A stretch of DNA of 64,000 nt from NCBI GenBank assembly GCA_963764725.1, contig CAVXTM010000002.1, positions 151,136-215,135 of the forward strand. The letters run 5' to 3'. Every line of letters begins with the position of its first letter. Position 1 is the first letter of the stretch. Below the pieces are notes generated by a model. It was not told the DNA's origin and made no database searches. It saw nothing but the letters and a program-made list of their open reading frames with translations. Shown piece by piece: positions 29,799 to 41,407 of the stretch. The stretch is from an uncultured Gammaproteobacteria bacterium (lineage in GTDB: Bacteria; Pseudomonadota; Gammaproteobacteria; JACCXJ01). The position numbers were made by a program, and so were the translations under genes.

Positions 29799-31241
29799 AT
29801 GGCGTTCGGACCCGGGGCTAAACATGGGGGTAAGCTCAAAGCGGCGCTCGATCAGGTCGTTGACCTGCTTAACAAACAAGATCTTGTGAGTGAGATCGCC
29901 GCGCGTCAGGCTACTCCGCGTCACGAACTGCTACAGAGTCTGTTGCTAAAACAGCATCTGGCGGAGGTGCAGCGGCGGATAGCGCAGCTCCACCCGGCGG
30001 ACCTCGCCTTTGTATTGGAAGGTTTACCGTTAGACCGTCGCCACGTTGTGTGGGATCTCCTGCGTCCCGAGACGCGGGGCGCCGTGCTCCTGGAACTTTC
30101 CGATGCGGTGCGGGCGAGTCTCATTGCCGACATGCCGAAGAAAGAAATTCTTGGGGCCGTCGAGCACCTAGAATCGGAGGATATCGCCGATCTGGTCCCG
30201 AGCCTCTCTCAGGATACGGTATCGGAGCTGTTCGATACGCTCGACCGCGAGGATCGTAGCGAGGTTCAGACCATACTCGAGTTTCCGCCGGGCACGGTCG
30301 GCTCACTCATGGACCTCGATGTTGTGACGGTGCGCGAACATGTAACCCTTGATGTCGTGCTCCGCTACCTGCGGCGTCGCAGCGGCCTGCCTGCCCGCAT
30401 CGACCATATCTTCGTGGTCGATCGCGGAGGTATCTTGAAGGGACTGCTCCCAATTAGAAAGCTGTTGGTCCACGATCCCGATGTGCAGGTCCATGAGGTC
30501 TTGGTTCCCGATCCGATTTTTTTCTACACCGAAGATGCGGCGACGGACGCCGTGCAAGCCTTCGAGCGTTATGACATTATTACCGCACCCGTCTTGAACT
30601 TGCACGATCGGGTCGTGGGTATGATCACGGTCAACGCAGTGATGGACTATCGGCGCGAGACGACCGAACGCGATCGCTTGAAACAAGTCGGATTAAACGA
30701 GGACGAAGACCTGTTCGCACCCATCTGGAAAAGCGCTAAAAACCGCTGGGCGTGGCTAGCGATCAACCTGGTTACCGCCTTTATCGCCTCGCGTGTGATC
30801 GGAGTCTTCGAGGGCACGATCGATAAGCTCGTCGCGCTGGCGGCTTTGATGCCGATCGTCGCCAGTATCGGCGGGAACACGGGCAATCAAACCGTTGCCT
30901 TATTGATTCGTGGTCTGGCATTGGATCAGATCCATCGCGGGAACCTCGGGTACTTGGTGTACAAGGAGATCGGGATAAGCATTCTGAATGGCATCATCTG
31001 GGGTGCGGTCGTGGGAACATTCGCCTTGGTTTTCTATTCCAAGATTTCGCTAGCGGTACTTATGGCAGTGGCGGTGCTGCTCAACTTGGTGATTGCATCA
31101 CTTGCCGGCATATTTATCCCGCTAGGCCTACGGTGGCTGGGCCGTGATCCGGTCTTCGGCAGTAGTGTCATGTTGACTGCAATTACCGATTCGATGGGGT
31201 TCTTTATCTTCCTTGGGCTGGCAGCGGCATTTCTGATTTAA
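29799..31241 (+). CDS. mgtE: Magnesium transporter MgtE
   Basis: LHPADLA, a CBS pair, GGNTGNQT and TAITD motifs. Confidence 0.95.
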   Translation: MAFGPGAKHGGKLKAALDQVVDLLNKQDLVSEIAARQATPRHELLQSLLLKQHLAEVQRRIAQLHPADLAFVLEGLPLDRRHVVWDLLRPETRGAVLLELSDAVRASLIADMPKKEILGAVEHLESEDIADLVPSLSQDTVSELFDTLDREDRSEVQTILEFPPGTVGSLMDLDVVTVREHVTLDVVLRYLRRRSGLPARIDHIFVVDRGGILKGLLPIRKLLVHDPDVQVHEVLVPDPIFFYTEDAATDAVQAFERYDIITAPVLNLHDRVVGMITVNAVMDYRRETTERDRLKQVGLNEDEDLFAPIWKSAKNRWAWLAINLVTAFIASRVIGVFEGTIDKLVALAALMPIVASIGGNTGNQTVALLIRGLALDQIHRGNLGYLVYKEIGISILNGIIWGAVVGTFALVFYSKISLAVLMAVAVLLNLVIASLAGIFIPLGLRWLGRDPVFGSSVMLTAITDSMGFFIFLGLAAAFLI

Positions 31242-31357
31242 TTCATGCGCTCCCCCGCGTACGCGTAATTCACCCAGCGGTTGCGCTAAAGCGGCTGATC
31301 GCAAGGTTCTTCCTGCGTAAAATAGTGTAAGTCTCATCGAATAAAAAGGTAGTTGGC

Positions 31358-32765
31358 ATGCGTTATCGACCTCCCTCAATAGCCGCGATCGCGTTCGGAA
31401 AACTGGTAGTCGCGTTATTATCTGGAATGCTGGGAATTCAGGTTTCGCACGCGGCGCTCCCTTGGTTCGGGAGTGACCATCCAACCCTGGCGCCGATGCT
31501 GGAGCGGGTTACGCCTGCAGTCGTGAATATCGCTACCGAGGGCCGCGTTAAAATTCAGCAAAATCCGCTGTTCGAGGACCCGTTCTTTCGCCACTTTTTC
31601 GGCGTTCCGAATCAACCTCTGGAACGCAAAACCCAAAGCCTCGGATCCGGAGTCATCGTCAACGCGGGGCGCGGTTTGGTCATTACCAATGCCCACGTAA
31701 TCGCCAATGCCCAGCAAATCACGGTCACGCTGCGCGATGGACGTAGGATCGAGGCCAAGCGCATCGGCAGCGATACGGCGACGGATGTGGCCGTGATCCA
31801 GATCCCGTCCGAGCGGTTGACGGCGCTGCCCATGGCGGATTCTGATCAGTTAAGAGTCGGTGACTTCGTGGTCGCAATCGGTAACCCCTTTGGCCTCGGG
31901 CAGACCGTAACCTCCGGGATCGTAAGCGCCCTGGGGCGCAGCGGGCTCGGTATCGAAGGATACGAGGATTTTATCCAGACGGATGCCTCGATCAATCCGG
32001 GTAACTCCGGTGGCGCGTTGGTCGACCTCGATGGCCGTTTAACGGGGATCAATACGGCGATTTTCTCCGGAAGCGGCGGAAGTATCGGCATCGGGTTCGC
32101 GATCCCAACCAACATGGCGCGGCAAGTGATGGAGCAACTGGTGGATCACGGTGAGGTCCGTCGCGGGCAATTGGGTGTCCAGCTTCAAGATCTGGATATT
32201 TCACTGGCCGAGGCGTTCGGTCTGAAAGATCAGCAAGGCGCAGTGATCGTGAGCGTATTGGAAGATTCTCCCGCAGCGAGGGCCAGTTTGAAAGCAGGGG
32301 ATATCGTGGTGGCCGTGAACGATAGGAATGTCATTAATGCGAGTAGCGTACGCAATATAGTCGGGCTGCTCCGCGTGGGTGAAAGGGTGCGGCTCGATGT
32401 GCTACGCAAGGGTCTGTTCGGACGCAACGAGCGGGTTGAAATTACCGCGACGGTCACAAGCCAAAGCAAGACCCTCACGAGTAGTGCCGCGCTTGAGAAC
32501 CCGCGTTTAGACGGCGCTAAGTTCGGCGAGATCCCAAATGAAGCGTCGCGCCTACGGTGAGGTGGAGGGCGTCATAGTGTACGAGGTAAAACGGGGGAGC
32601 CGGGCGTGGCTCAGCGGCATTCGCAGAGGAGATATCATCTTATCCGTTAACCGCATTGCGGTGTCGAATGTCAACGAGTTCTACCAACTTGCGAATAAGC
32701 ATAGAGGCGCGTTGCTGCTACACGTCCTGCGTGGGGACAATGCGGCGTTTGTCGTCGTGCGGTAG
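31358..32765 (+). pseudogene. degQ: DegQ/HtrA serine protease, frameshifted near 32548 in the second PDZ domain (real or sequencing error)
   Basis: TNAHV and INPGNSGG; PDZ2 continues in another frame (AYGEVEGV..GDIILSVN). Confidence 0.85.
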
Positions 32766-32780
32766 TGTGTCCTCTGCTTA

Positions 32781-33034
32781 GAGTCCCCCTCGGGGATGGT
32801 TGAAACCCCTCGCCTTCAGGCGAAGCAGGATTTCGTGTAACGTGGGAGCGTGCGACGCTATAGGGTAGGCGCGCACACGAAGGGCGATCTGAAGGTGCAC
32901 CTGGTATGGATTCCCAAATATAGGAAACCGGTGCTGACGGGGTAGTGGCGATACGTGTGCGCGACGTAATTAGGCAGATAGCGATGGAACATGAGCTGGA
33001 GATAATCTCCGGCAAGGTGGCACGCGACCACGTA
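32781..33034 (+). mobile_element. tnpA: IS200/IS605 remnant: left-end hairpin plus truncated, frameshifted tnpA
   Basis: GAAACCCCTCGCCTTCAGGCGA hairpin; from 32850 reads MRRYRVGAHTK..HLVWIPKYRKPVL, then shifts to ..EIISGKVARDHV and stops inside the HUH motif. Confidence 0.85.
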
Positions 33035-33125
33035 GCCGGGCTCGCCTGGCCCGCCGGCGCAGCCGCCCGAGCCATCGTCTGCCATGAAGCTTGAGAGGGC
33101 AGGAGCGGCAGCGCCTTGGTGCGGA

Positions 33126-33518
33126 TCAATTGATTACGTTATGTCCCCGGCCACGCATGCAATTTGAATACGCGCGTTTGTAATCTCCCTCGGTGTCATA
33201 AGCGTTGTACGCGCCACTGCCGATGCCGCCGGTCGCCGCGCCAATCGCCGCCCCTGTGCCCGGGCTTCCAACCGCAGCGCCAATCGCGGCCCCCGCGGCC
33301 GCGCCGATCGCGCCTCCCAGCAAGGTGCCTTTTACGGTTTCGCCACCTGTGCTACCCGCGGCCTGTTGCGCGATCTGCTTGCATTCAACAGTATCCGCCG
33401 TGATGCGTTCCGGATGGGGATCCCCGTAGGGATCAACAGTTGGCGCCCAGCCGGTTTGTGTTGCACAGCCGGCTAGCCCAAGTGTTACAACGAGCGCGTA
33501 TTTCTTGAAATGTCGCAT
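33126..33518 (-). CDS. Glycine-zipper lipoprotein
   Basis: Lipobox LAGC; GGAIGAAAGAAIGA; C-terminal CMRGRG. Confidence 0.88.
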   Translation of the reverse strand: MRHFKKYALVVTLGLAGCATQTGWAPTVDPYGDPHPERITADTVECKQIAQQAAGSTGGETVKGTLLGGAIGAAAGAAIGAAVGSPGTGAAIGAATGGIGSGAYNAYDTEGDYKRAYSNCMRGRGHNVIN

Positions 33519-33689
33519 GACTAAAAACCCTCCGTTTCAGACAATCGTGAATAGAGTAATAGGTACCATTCCGAAAAAAAAGGTAGCGGCAACTTCCGGC
33601 TACGCTTGATCGGGCGGCCATTCGGTGGTACCACCATCGCGCGTGTGACCCTAATCGCAGACGTTGGACCAGGCCGCGCGCGAAAGATT

Positions 33690-33968
33690 CTATGGCACTG
33701 CAAAGTGCTGGGGCCGTCTTGTAAGCCGGAGGGTCCAACCTGGCAGGGAAAGACCAAGATTCGCGAGGATAACGCCTAGGCCGATGCCTGGGCACAAGCC
33801 GTAGCCATGGACCAGTAGCGCTGCCAAGACGATTCCGGCCGGTGGCCAAACGAGCGAGACGCTGCTGCCGGTGAGCGTAAACGCTTGGCCCAGCTTCGCT
33901 CCTGCGAAGTACAAGCCGGCGAGTACAAAAACGCGGGCACGATACGGTATCCATCGCCTATCGTCCAT
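33690..33968 (-). pseudogene. MASE1 sensor domain fragment
   Basis: YFAGAKLG..VSLVWPPAGIVLAALL; ends early with no output domain. Confidence 0.7.
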
Positions 33969-34043
33969 GAATCCGCTTCACGGTTATTGATAAAATGGTG
34001 CGGTCAGCCAGTGTGTTGTAAGTTTGGTTGCTCGCGCCATCGT

Positions 34044-34070
34044 TTTGCACTGTCCGAGGATGAGTGTTAA
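34044..34070. promoter_or_regulatory. CIRCE element (HrcA operator)
   Basis: TTTGCACTG-N9-GAGTGTTAA versus consensus TTAGCACTC-N9-GAGTGCTAA, upstream of hrcA. Confidence 0.8.
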
Positions 34071-34162
34071 ATTCCTGGGGTGTTCCTTGCCTCGGCGAGG
34101 AAAAGCATTCCACGGACATTAAATCGATGAGTATTACCCGAGATCTGAACCGGTAGCGAGCG

Positions 34163-35209
34163 ATGGTGGCGAGTGTCAAAGAGGGCATCCTCTCGGCGCG
34201 GGCTCAGCACCTGTTTAGGCTGCTGGTGGAACGCTATATCAGCGACGGTCAGCCGATCGGATCGCGTACGCTCGCGCGCGACGCCGGCATGGATCTGAGT
34301 CCAGCCACGATAAGAAACGTGATGGCCGATCTCGAGGATCTCGGTCTCATCCGCTCGCCCCACACCTCGGCGGGCCGGGTGCCTACAACCCGCGGCTACC
34401 GGTTTTTCGTCGATTCGCTATTGACTGTGAAAGCGGTATCCCAACAAGAAGTAATGCGCTTACACGCGGATTTGGGTACCGAGGACGATATCAATCGCCT
34501 GCTCGCCAAGACCTCCAACCTATTGTCGGAAGTCACCCGGCTTGCGGGCGTGGTCATGGTCCCGCGCGCTGAGCATCGCGCGTTGCGGCACGTCGAGTTC
34601 GTAAGGATGTCCGATACGCGCGTCTTGGTGATCCTCGTGATTAACAATAACGAGGTGCATAACCGTGTGATCTGCACCACGCGGACCTATTCGGAATCGG
34701 AGTTACAGCAAGCCTCGAACTACCTCAATCACGTCTTCGCCGGAAGAGAGTTGTTCGAGGTCCGCGATCAGCTCGTCGCCGAGATGAGCAGCGCGCAACA
34801 AGAGATGAACCGGATGATGCAAGCCGCAGTGGAAATGGCGCAAAAGGCCTTCGAGACGCCGCATGACGACTACGTGTGGGCTGGGCAAACCAATCTAATG
34901 GGTATCGAGGCCTGGGCGGATATAGCGAAGCTGCGGCAACTTTTTGAAGCCTTCGGTCAAAAGCGTGACGTACTGCACCTGCTAGACCAGGCGTTAAACG
35001 CTCAAGGTGTGCAGATATTTATCGGCGACGAATCCGGATATGAGTTTCTGGATGATTGCAGTCTGGTTACCTCGACCTATTCCGCGGATGGAAAGGTGCT
35101 GGGCGTTCTCGGCATCATCGGCCCCACGCGCATGGCTTACGAGCGCGTCATACCCATTGTCGATGTCACCGCCAAGGTTCTCGGTTTGGCCTTGAAATCC
35201 CTGAATTGA
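34163..35209 (+). CDS. hrcA: Heat-inducible transcription repressor
   Basis: SPATIRNVMADLE, PHTSAGRVPT and IIGPTRMAY motifs. Confidence 0.96.
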   Translation: MVASVKEGILSARAQHLFRLLVERYISDGQPIGSRTLARDAGMDLSPATIRNVMADLEDLGLIRSPHTSAGRVPTTRGYRFFVDSLLTVKAVSQQEVMRLHADLGTEDDINRLLAKTSNLLSEVTRLAGVVMVPRAEHRALRHVEFVRMSDTRVLVILVINNNEVHNRVICTTRTYSESELQQASNYLNHVFAGRELFEVRDQLVAEMSSAQQEMNRMMQAAVEMAQKAFETPHDDYVWAGQTNLMGIEAWADIAKLRQLFEAFGQKRDVLHLLDQALNAQGVQIFIGDESGYEFLDDCSLVTSTYSADGKVLGVLGIIGPTRMAYERVIPIVDVTAKVLGLALKSLN

Positions 35210-35216
35210 ACCCCAT
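35191..35216 (+). promoter_or_regulatory. Sigma-32 promoter for grpE
   Basis: CTTGAAA-N13-CCCCAT. Confidence 0.8.
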
Positions 35217-35315
35217 AGTGAGAATCGGTTTTATGGGGGCGGGACGCTTACATAAAAAAAAGCGCACCGTAACTCAGCCACGTGTTTGTCCAATGAACTA
35301 AGCGAGGATCTTGCC

Positions 35316-35948
35316 GTGAGTGACCAAGAGGCGAATAAGAACGCCGTGCTTCAATCCCAGACACTTGCACAGCCGGCCCCGGAATCCGCGAAAAGTATTC
35401 ACCACGATCCGACCGCGCCGGAAGAGGCGTTGTCCATAGACGCCCTACCAAGCGTCGATGCATTGCAGAGTGCGCTCGACGAAGCGGCGCGTAAGGCGGA
35501 TGAGTATCGGGACGAGCTGTTGCGAGCGAGAGCGGAGCTGGAAAACGTCATCAAACGGTCAGGCAAGGAGGTCGCCAATGCGCACAAATATGCGCTGGAG
35601 CGGTTTGTCGCGGACCTGCTGCCGGTCAAGGATAGCCTAGACTTGGGCCGGGCCGCCTCCAATCAATCCGCGGATGTCGCGGCGATCCGCGAAGGTTTGG
35701 ATCTCATCGTCAAAATGTTGGACGCGACGCTGATCAAGCATGGCATCAGGGCAATCGAGCCCCAAGGTGAACGCTTTAATCCGGAGTTACATCAAGCCAT
35801 GACCATGCAAGAATCGAAAAATTCGGCGCCTGGGACCGTCCTCAGCGTGGTGCAAAAGGGCTATTCGCTCAACGATCGACTGCTGCGGCCGGCGATGGTA
35901 ATCGTCGCCAAAGCGCCCGAAGACCGCCCGGCGCCGGCGGCAAACTAG
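35316..35948 (+). CDS. grpE: Nucleotide exchange factor GrpE
   Basis: FNPELHQA and VQKGYSLNDRLLRPAMV; GTG start after GAGGA. Confidence 0.95.
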   Translation: MSDQEANKNAVLQSQTLAQPAPESAKSIHHDPTAPEEALSIDALPSVDALQSALDEAARKADEYRDELLRARAELENVIKRSGKEVANAHKYALERFVADLLPVKDSLDLGRAASNQSADVAAIREGLDLIVKMLDATLIKHGIRAIEPQGERFNPELHQAMTMQESKNSAPGTVLSVVQKGYSLNDRLLRPAMVIVAKAPEDRPAPAAN

Positions 35949-35963
35949 CCGGTGGCGCCAGGC

Positions 35964-35989
35964 CTTGAAAATGCCATCTTAGTCCCCAT
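35964..35989 (+). promoter_or_regulatory. Sigma-32 promoter for dnaK
   Basis: CTTGAAA-N13-CCCCAT. Confidence 0.85.
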
Positions 35990-36052
35990 GTTGCCAACCA
36001 GCGAGCGGGCTCTATTCGTATTCTAAATTCGTAACTTCTGGAGATTCGGGCA

Positions 36053-37984
36053 ATGGGCACAATCATCGGTATCGACCTCGGTACGACTAACTCCTGCGTG
36101 GCCATCCTGGAGGGCGGAAAGCCGAAGGTTGTGGAGAATAGCGAGGGTGGCCGCACGACGCCGTCCATCGTCGCGTTTACGACGGACAACGAAGTATTGG
36201 TCGGCCAAGCGGCCAAGCGGCAAGCGGTGACCAACCCCCACAACACGCTCTTCGCGGTGAAGCGTCTGATTGGACGGCGCTTCGATGACGATGTCGTTAA
36301 ACGCGATATGAGCCTGGTGCCGTATAAGATTGTGCGCGCCGACAATGGCGATGCATGGGTCGAGGCGGGCGGGAAGAAAATGGCCCCGCCCGAGATCTCG
36401 GCGCGGGTCCTGATCAAAATGAAGAAAACCGCGGAGGATTACCTCGGCGAGGAGGTCAAGGAAGCCGTGATCACGGTCCCGGCGTATTTCAATGATTCAC
36501 AGCGGCAAGCCACCAAAGACGCGGGCCGGATTGCCGGGCTTGAGGTCAAGCGCATTATCAACGAGCCGACCGCCGCCGCCTTGGCTTATGGCATGGACAA
36601 GAAGCGCGGGGATGCCAAGATCGCGGTCTACGATCTCGGGGGTGGAACCTTTGACATATCGATCATCGAGATCTCCGAGGTCGATGGCGAGCATCAGTTC
36701 GAGGTCCTCTCGACCAACGGCGATACTTTCCTCGGCGGCGAGGATTTCGACCGGCGCATAATCGATTATATCGCCGACGAGTTCAAGAAAGAACAAGGGG
36801 TGGATCTTCGTAACGACCCCTTGGCGCTGCAACGGCTGAAAGAAGCGGCGGAGAAAGCCAAGATCGAGTTGTCCTCAAGTCAGCAGACCGACATCAACCT
36901 TCCATATATCACGGCCGACGCCAGTGGCCCGAAGCATCTCAATATAAAGCTGACGCGCGCCAAGCTCGAATCCTTGGTCGAGGACATCATCATGAGTACC
37001 CTCGATCCCTGCAAGACGGCGCTGAAAGATGCCGGCCTCGGTGCGGGGGACATCAACGAGGTGATCTTGGTCGGAGGTCAGACCCGCATGCCCAAGGTCC
37101 AGGAGGTGGTCAAGGCTCTGTTTGGCCGCGAGCCGCGTAAAGACGTCAATCCCGATGAAGCCGTGGCGGTGGGCGCCGCGATCCAAGCGGGCGTGTTGGG
37201 CGGACAGGTCAAGGATGTGCTGTTGCTCGATGTCACGCCGCTGTCGCTCGGGATCGAGACCCTGGGCGGCGTCAGGACGAAATTGATCGAGAAAAATACC
37301 ACGATACCGACGAAGGCGGCGCAGGTGTTTTCGACTGCCGAAGACCATCAGACGGCGGTGACGGTCCACGTGTTGCAAGGCGAACGGGACATGGCGTCCG
37401 CCAACAAATCCTTGGGCCGCTTTGATCTGACCGATATCCCGCCAGCGCCGCGCGGGGTCCCGCAGATCGAAGTGACGTTCGATATCGACGCCAACGGCAT
37501 TTTGAACGTGTCGGCCAAGGATAAGGCCACCGGCAAAAAGCAGTCGATCGTCATCAAGGCTTCGAGCGGTCTAGCCGAAGGGGAGATCCAGAAAATGGTG
37601 AAGGATGCCGAGACCCATCGTGAAGAAGATCGCCGTTTTCACGAACTAGTCAACGCTCGGAACCATGCCGATACGCTTGTGCATGCGACCACCAAGTCGT
37701 TGCACGATCTCGGAGATAAGGTATCAGCGGAGGAGAAACAAGAGATCGAAGCGGCGCTCGACGAGGTGAAACAGGCATTGAAAGGCGATGACAAAGACGC
37801 CATCGAGGCCAAGGTACAGCGACTCTCCGGTCTGGCCGGAAAGATCGCCGAGCGGGCGTACAAGGAGGCCGGCGCCGAGCCGCAGCAGCCCCCGGCATCG
37901 GAAACGCCGGGCGGTAACGGCGCGGCCCGCGCGGACAACGTGGTGGATGCGGATTTTGAAGAGGTCAAGGAAGACCGCAAGTAA
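36053..37984 (+). CDS. dnaK: Chaperone DnaK
   Basis: [17 protein letters not shown] and DLGGGTFD motifs. Confidence 0.99.
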   Translation: MGTIIGIDLGTTNSCVAILEGGKPKVVENSEGGRTTPSIVAFTTDNEVLVGQAAKRQAVTNPHNTLFAVKRLIGRRFDDDVVKRDMSLVPYKIVRADNGDAWVEAGGKKMAPPEISARVLIKMKKTAEDYLGEEVKEAVITVPAYFNDSQRQATKDAGRIAGLEVKRIINEPTAAALAYGMDKKRGDAKIAVYDLGGGTFDISIIEISEVDGEHQFEVLSTNGDTFLGGEDFDRRIIDYIADEFKKEQGVDLRNDPLALQRLKEAAEKAKIELSSSQQTDINLPYITADASGPKHLNIKLTRAKLESLVEDIIMSTLDPCKTALKDAGLGAGDINEVILVGGQTRMPKVQEVVKALFGREPRKDVNPDEAVAVGAAIQAGVLGGQVKDVLLLDVTPLSLGIETLGGVRTKLIEKNTTIPTKAAQVFSTAEDHQTAVTVHVLQGERDMASANKSLGRFDLTDIPPAPRGVPQIEVTFDIDANGILNVSAKDKATGKKQSIVIKASSGLAEGEIQKMVKDAETHREEDRRFHELVNARNHADTLVHATTKSLHDLGDKVSAEEKQEIEAALDEVKQALKGDDKDAIEAKVQRLSGLAGKIAERAYKEAGAEPQQPPASETPGGNGAARADNVVDADFEEVKEDRK

Positions 37985-38097
37985 CGGCCGGAGTGGGGTA
38001 GTTTAGGACGATTCTGCAAGCCGCGGCATCCATGCAGTTCCGGATCCCGCTCTGCGTCAACGCGAGGGCAGGGCTTACCTTATTTTAATTAATAAGC

Positions 38098-39210
38098 ATG
38101 GCAAAGCGCGACTACTACGAGGTCCTGTCCGTCCCGCGCAACGCGACGGAGTCGGATTTGAAAAAGGCATATCGCCGCCTGGCGATGAAACACCACCCTG
38201 ATCGTAATCCCGGTGATCGAGCGGCGGAGGAGCAGTTCAAGGAGGCGAAGGAGGCCTACGAAATACTAACCGACCAGAGAAAGCGTGCGGCTTACAATCA
38301 GTTCGGGCATGCCGGAGTCGATCCTGCCGCGGTGGCACCGGGCGCGGGTAGCTTCAGCGATATCTTCGACACCGTTTTCGGAGACATTTTCGGCGGGGGA
38401 GGCCGGAGCGGGGCGCGCGTCAACCGCGGCGCGGATCTGGTTTATGACCTGGAGATGAGTTTGGAGGATGCCGTAGCCGGCGCCACGACGGAGATCGAGG
38501 TCCCGACACTCACCATGTGTCGCACGTGTAATGGATCCGGTGCGCGTTCCGGCAGCGGAATGGTCAACTGCTCAAGCTGCGGAGGCCACGGCGCGGTGCG
38601 AATGCAACAAGGATTTTTCTCCGTTCAGCAGACCTGTCCGCGTTGCCGGGGCACCGGGAAGGTGATTCGAGACCCGTGCGGCTCTTGTCACGGACACGGG
38701 CGTATTAAGCAGCATAAGACATTGGCGGTCAAAGTGCCCGCAGGCGTCGATACTGGGGATCGGATCCGTTTGTCGGGCGAAGGTGAAGCCGGGGCACACG
38801 GCGGTCCGGGGGGTGATCTCTACGTCAACATCCACGTCAAGAAGCATCCTATCTTTACGCGCGAGGGATCGGATCTTTATTGCGAAGTTCCGATCGGTTT
38901 TGTTACCGCGGCCTTAGGCGGGGATCTCGACGTACCTACGCTCAACGGCCGCGTGACGCTGAAGATCCCGGCGGAAACACAAACCGGCAAAGTATTTCGC
39001 CTCAAAGGGAAAGGGGTAAAAGCCGTGCGAGAGCGCGAGGTGGGCGATCTTCTCTGCCGGGTCGCGATTGAAACGCCGGTGCATCTCAATTCGGAGCAAA
39101 AAGATCTGTTGCGCACCTTTGCGGGCACGATGAAAACCGGGCGCCATAGCCCGCAGGAAAGTTCGTGGCTCGACGGGGTGAAGCGGTTCTTTGACGAGAT
39201 GAAATTTTGA
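38098..39210 (+). CDS. dnaJ: Chaperone DnaJ
   Basis: HPD motif and four CxxCxGxG repeats. Confidence 0.98.
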   Translation: MAKRDYYEVLSVPRNATESDLKKAYRRLAMKHHPDRNPGDRAAEEQFKEAKEAYEILTDQRKRAAYNQFGHAGVDPAAVAPGAGSFSDIFDTVFGDIFGGGGRSGARVNRGADLVYDLEMSLEDAVAGATTEIEVPTLTMCRTCNGSGARSGSGMVNCSSCGGHGAVRMQQGFFSVQQTCPRCRGTGKVIRDPCGSCHGHGRIKQHKTLAVKVPAGVDTGDRIRLSGEGEAGAHGGPGGDLYVNIHVKKHPIFTREGSDLYCEVPIGFVTAALGGDLDVPTLNGRVTLKIPAETQTGKVFRLKGKGVKAVREREVGDLLCRVAIETPVHLNSEQKDLLRTFAGTMKTGRHSPQESSWLDGVKRFFDEMKF

Positions 39211-40040
39211 GCGCGGTTGCTCCGATCCGGGTGGCGGTGGCGGGTGCGGCGGGGCGCATGGGCCGGACTCTGATCGAGGCCTGCCGCGACGCGCCGGATA
39301 TCGAGCTTTGCGCCGCGCTCGAATGCGCGGGATCGCCCTATCTGGGACAGGATGCGGGGATCGTGGCGCGGGGCACGGGGCTCGGGCTCCCGATCACCCC
39401 ACGATTGGAGGATGTCTTGAACGCATTCGATGTGCTGGTCGAATTCACCGCGCCGGGTGCGACCCTCCATCATCTCTCGCTCTGCCGCGCCGCCCGGCGG
39501 CGCATGGTGATCGGGACCACGGGCATCCCCGATGCTGGCTTGGCGGAGATTCAAGAGGCCGCTCACGACTGCGCTATCGTGTTTGCCTCCAACATGAGCG
39601 TGGGCGTGAATCTCTGTTTTAAGCTATTAGAGACCGCTGCGCGCGCGCTGGGACCGGCCTATGATGTAGAGATCATCGAGGCGCACCACCGGCAAAAAGC
39701 CGATGCTCCCTCGGGCACCGCGCTCGAGATGGGCAAGATTGTGGCGCGAGGCTTGAATCGCGATCTTGCCCAATGCGCGGTCTACGACCGCCGTAGCACG
39801 GCCGGGCCGCGTTCCGCAGAGGCCATCGGATTCGCGAGCATTCGCGCGAGCGATATCGTCGGTGAGCACACGGTGCTGTTCGCGGGCGCCGGGGAGCGCG
39901 TCGAGGTCGTGCACAAGGCCACCGACCGCGGCGTCTTCGCGCACGGCGCCTTGCGGGCGGCGCGGTGGATCTCGCGCCGTGAGCCTGGCTTATTCGACAT
40001 GCAAGATGTCTTAGGTTTGCGGGCCGTCAATCCGCCCTAA
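39207..40040 (+). CDS. dapB: 4-hydroxy-tetrahydrodipicolinate reductase
   Basis: GAAGRMG and [15 protein letters not shown] motifs. Confidence 0.96.
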   Translation: MSAVAPIRVAVAGAAGRMGRTLIEACRDAPDIELCAALECAGSPYLGQDAGIVARGTGLGLPITPRLEDVLNAFDVLVEFTAPGATLHHLSLCRAARRRMVIGTTGIPDAGLAEIQEAAHDCAIVFASNMSVGVNLCFKLLETAARALGPAYDVEIIEAHHRQKADAPSGTALEMGKIVARGLNRDLAQCAVYDRRSTAGPRSAEAIGFASIRASDIVGEHTVLFAGAGERVEVVHKATDRGVFAHGALRAARWISRREPGLFDMQDVLGLRAVNPP

Positions 40041-40135
40041 ACATTCATTTCCTCGCCCGTTTCCGTAACGGCGAGATCGGGGGGCATCACGCGTTGGAAT
40101 CGCTAGGCTAGTTCAATACAATAGAAATCTCATTA

Positions 40136-40167
40136 GCGGGCGTTGCCGGCGGGTAACACCCGTTTTT
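40136..40167 (+). promoter_or_regulatory. Terminator-like hairpin in the carA leader (possible attenuator)
   Basis: GCGGGCGTTGCC/GGTAACACCCGT stem followed by a T run, downstream of a TACAAT -10-like hexamer. Confidence 0.55.
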
Positions 40168-40188
40168 CACATGAACTGTTAAAAAACG

Positions 40189-41331
40189 ATGGAAAACGAA
40201 CCTGCCCTGCTAGCCCTCGAGGACGGATCACTGTTTCATGGTGAGTCCATTGGCGTGACCGGCCGGGCGGTGGGCGAGGTCGTGTTCAACACGGCCATTA
40301 CCGGCTACCAAGAAATCCTCACGGACCCATCGTATTATCAACAGATCGTCACGCTGACCTATCCCCACATCGGCAATGTGGGGGCGAATGAGAACGATGC
40401 CGAGTCGGCTCGGGTTTACGCCGCCGGGCTGGTGATCCGGGACTTGCCGCGAACGTGCAGCAACTGGCGCGCGCAGGTGTCGCTTCAGGACTATCTTGGA
40501 CAGAACCGCGCGGTAGCCATTGGCACTGTCGACACCCGCAGGCTCGTGCGCATCTTGCGTGAGAAAGGTGCGCAGAATGGATGTATCGTGGCGGGGCACG
40601 GCATCGATACGCAAGCGGCGATCGCGGCCGCGAAATCGTTCCCCGGACTTGAGGCCGCCGATCTTGCTAAGGAAGTGACGACCGCGAGCCCGTACCATTG
40701 GCAAGACCCGAGTTACCGCTTCCATGACGATGAGGAACCGCGGAATGCGCCGGCGGCGGACCGGGCGCGGTATCAGATCGTCGCCTACGATTACGGCGTC
40801 AAGAAAAATATCCTGCGGCTGCTTACCGATCGCGGATGCAGAATAACGGTGGTGCCGGCTCAGACCCCCGCGAGCCGGGTATTTAACACGAAACCCGACG
40901 GCGTTTTTCTCTCCAACGGCCCGGGCGATCCCGGAGCGTGCGATTACGCCATTCGGGCGATTCGCGAGATCGTGGATGCGGGCGTTCCGGTATTCGGGAT
41001 CTGTCTCGGCCATCAATTACTGGCATTAGCTTGTGGAGGCCGCACCGTGAAAATGAAATTCGGGCATCACGGCGCCAATCATCCGGTGCAAGATCTAACG
41101 ACCGGCAAGGTCATGATAACCAGCCAAAACCACGGGTTTACCGTGGATTCGGAGCGGTTACCGCCGGCGTTGCTCATCACCCACCGATCCTTGTTCGACG
41201 GAACGATTCAAGGGATCCGGCATGCCTCTCAACCTGCTTTTGGCTTTCAGGGCCATCCGGAGGCGAGCCCCGGTCCCCACGACGTGCGGACGCTCTTTGA
41301 TCATTTTATTGATCTCATGGCTCAGCGGTAG
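40189..41331 (+). CDS. carA: Carbamoyl-phosphate synthase small subunit
   Basis: [14 protein letters not shown] and QGHPEA motifs. Confidence 0.98.
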   Translation: MENEPALLALEDGSLFHGESIGVTGRAVGEVVFNTAITGYQEILTDPSYYQQIVTLTYPHIGNVGANENDAESARVYAAGLVIRDLPRTCSNWRAQVSLQDYLGQNRAVAIGTVDTRRLVRILREKGAQNGCIVAGHGIDTQAAIAAAKSFPGLEAADLAKEVTTASPYHWQDPSYRFHDDEEPRNAPAADRARYQIVAYDYGVKKNILRLLTDRGCRITVVPAQTPASRVFNTKPDGVFLSNGPGDPGACDYAIRAIREIVDAGVPVFGICLGHQLLALACGGRTVKMKFGHHGANHPVQDLTTGKVMITSQNHGFTVDSERLPPALLITHRSLFDGTIQGIRHASQPAFGFQGHPEASPGPHDVRTLFDHFIDLMAQR

Positions 41332-41407
41332 CTTAAAGCACCTCGGAGATGAGCTTGAGACCATCGCCACACCCTGCCTAATGCATGCAGGCGCAACCTA
41401 AGCCTTG

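Noticed and set aside
34054-34062. CCGAGGATG inside the CIRCE spacer resembling the IS110 target
   Set aside because: Only a 9-nt match, expected by chance in a window this size.
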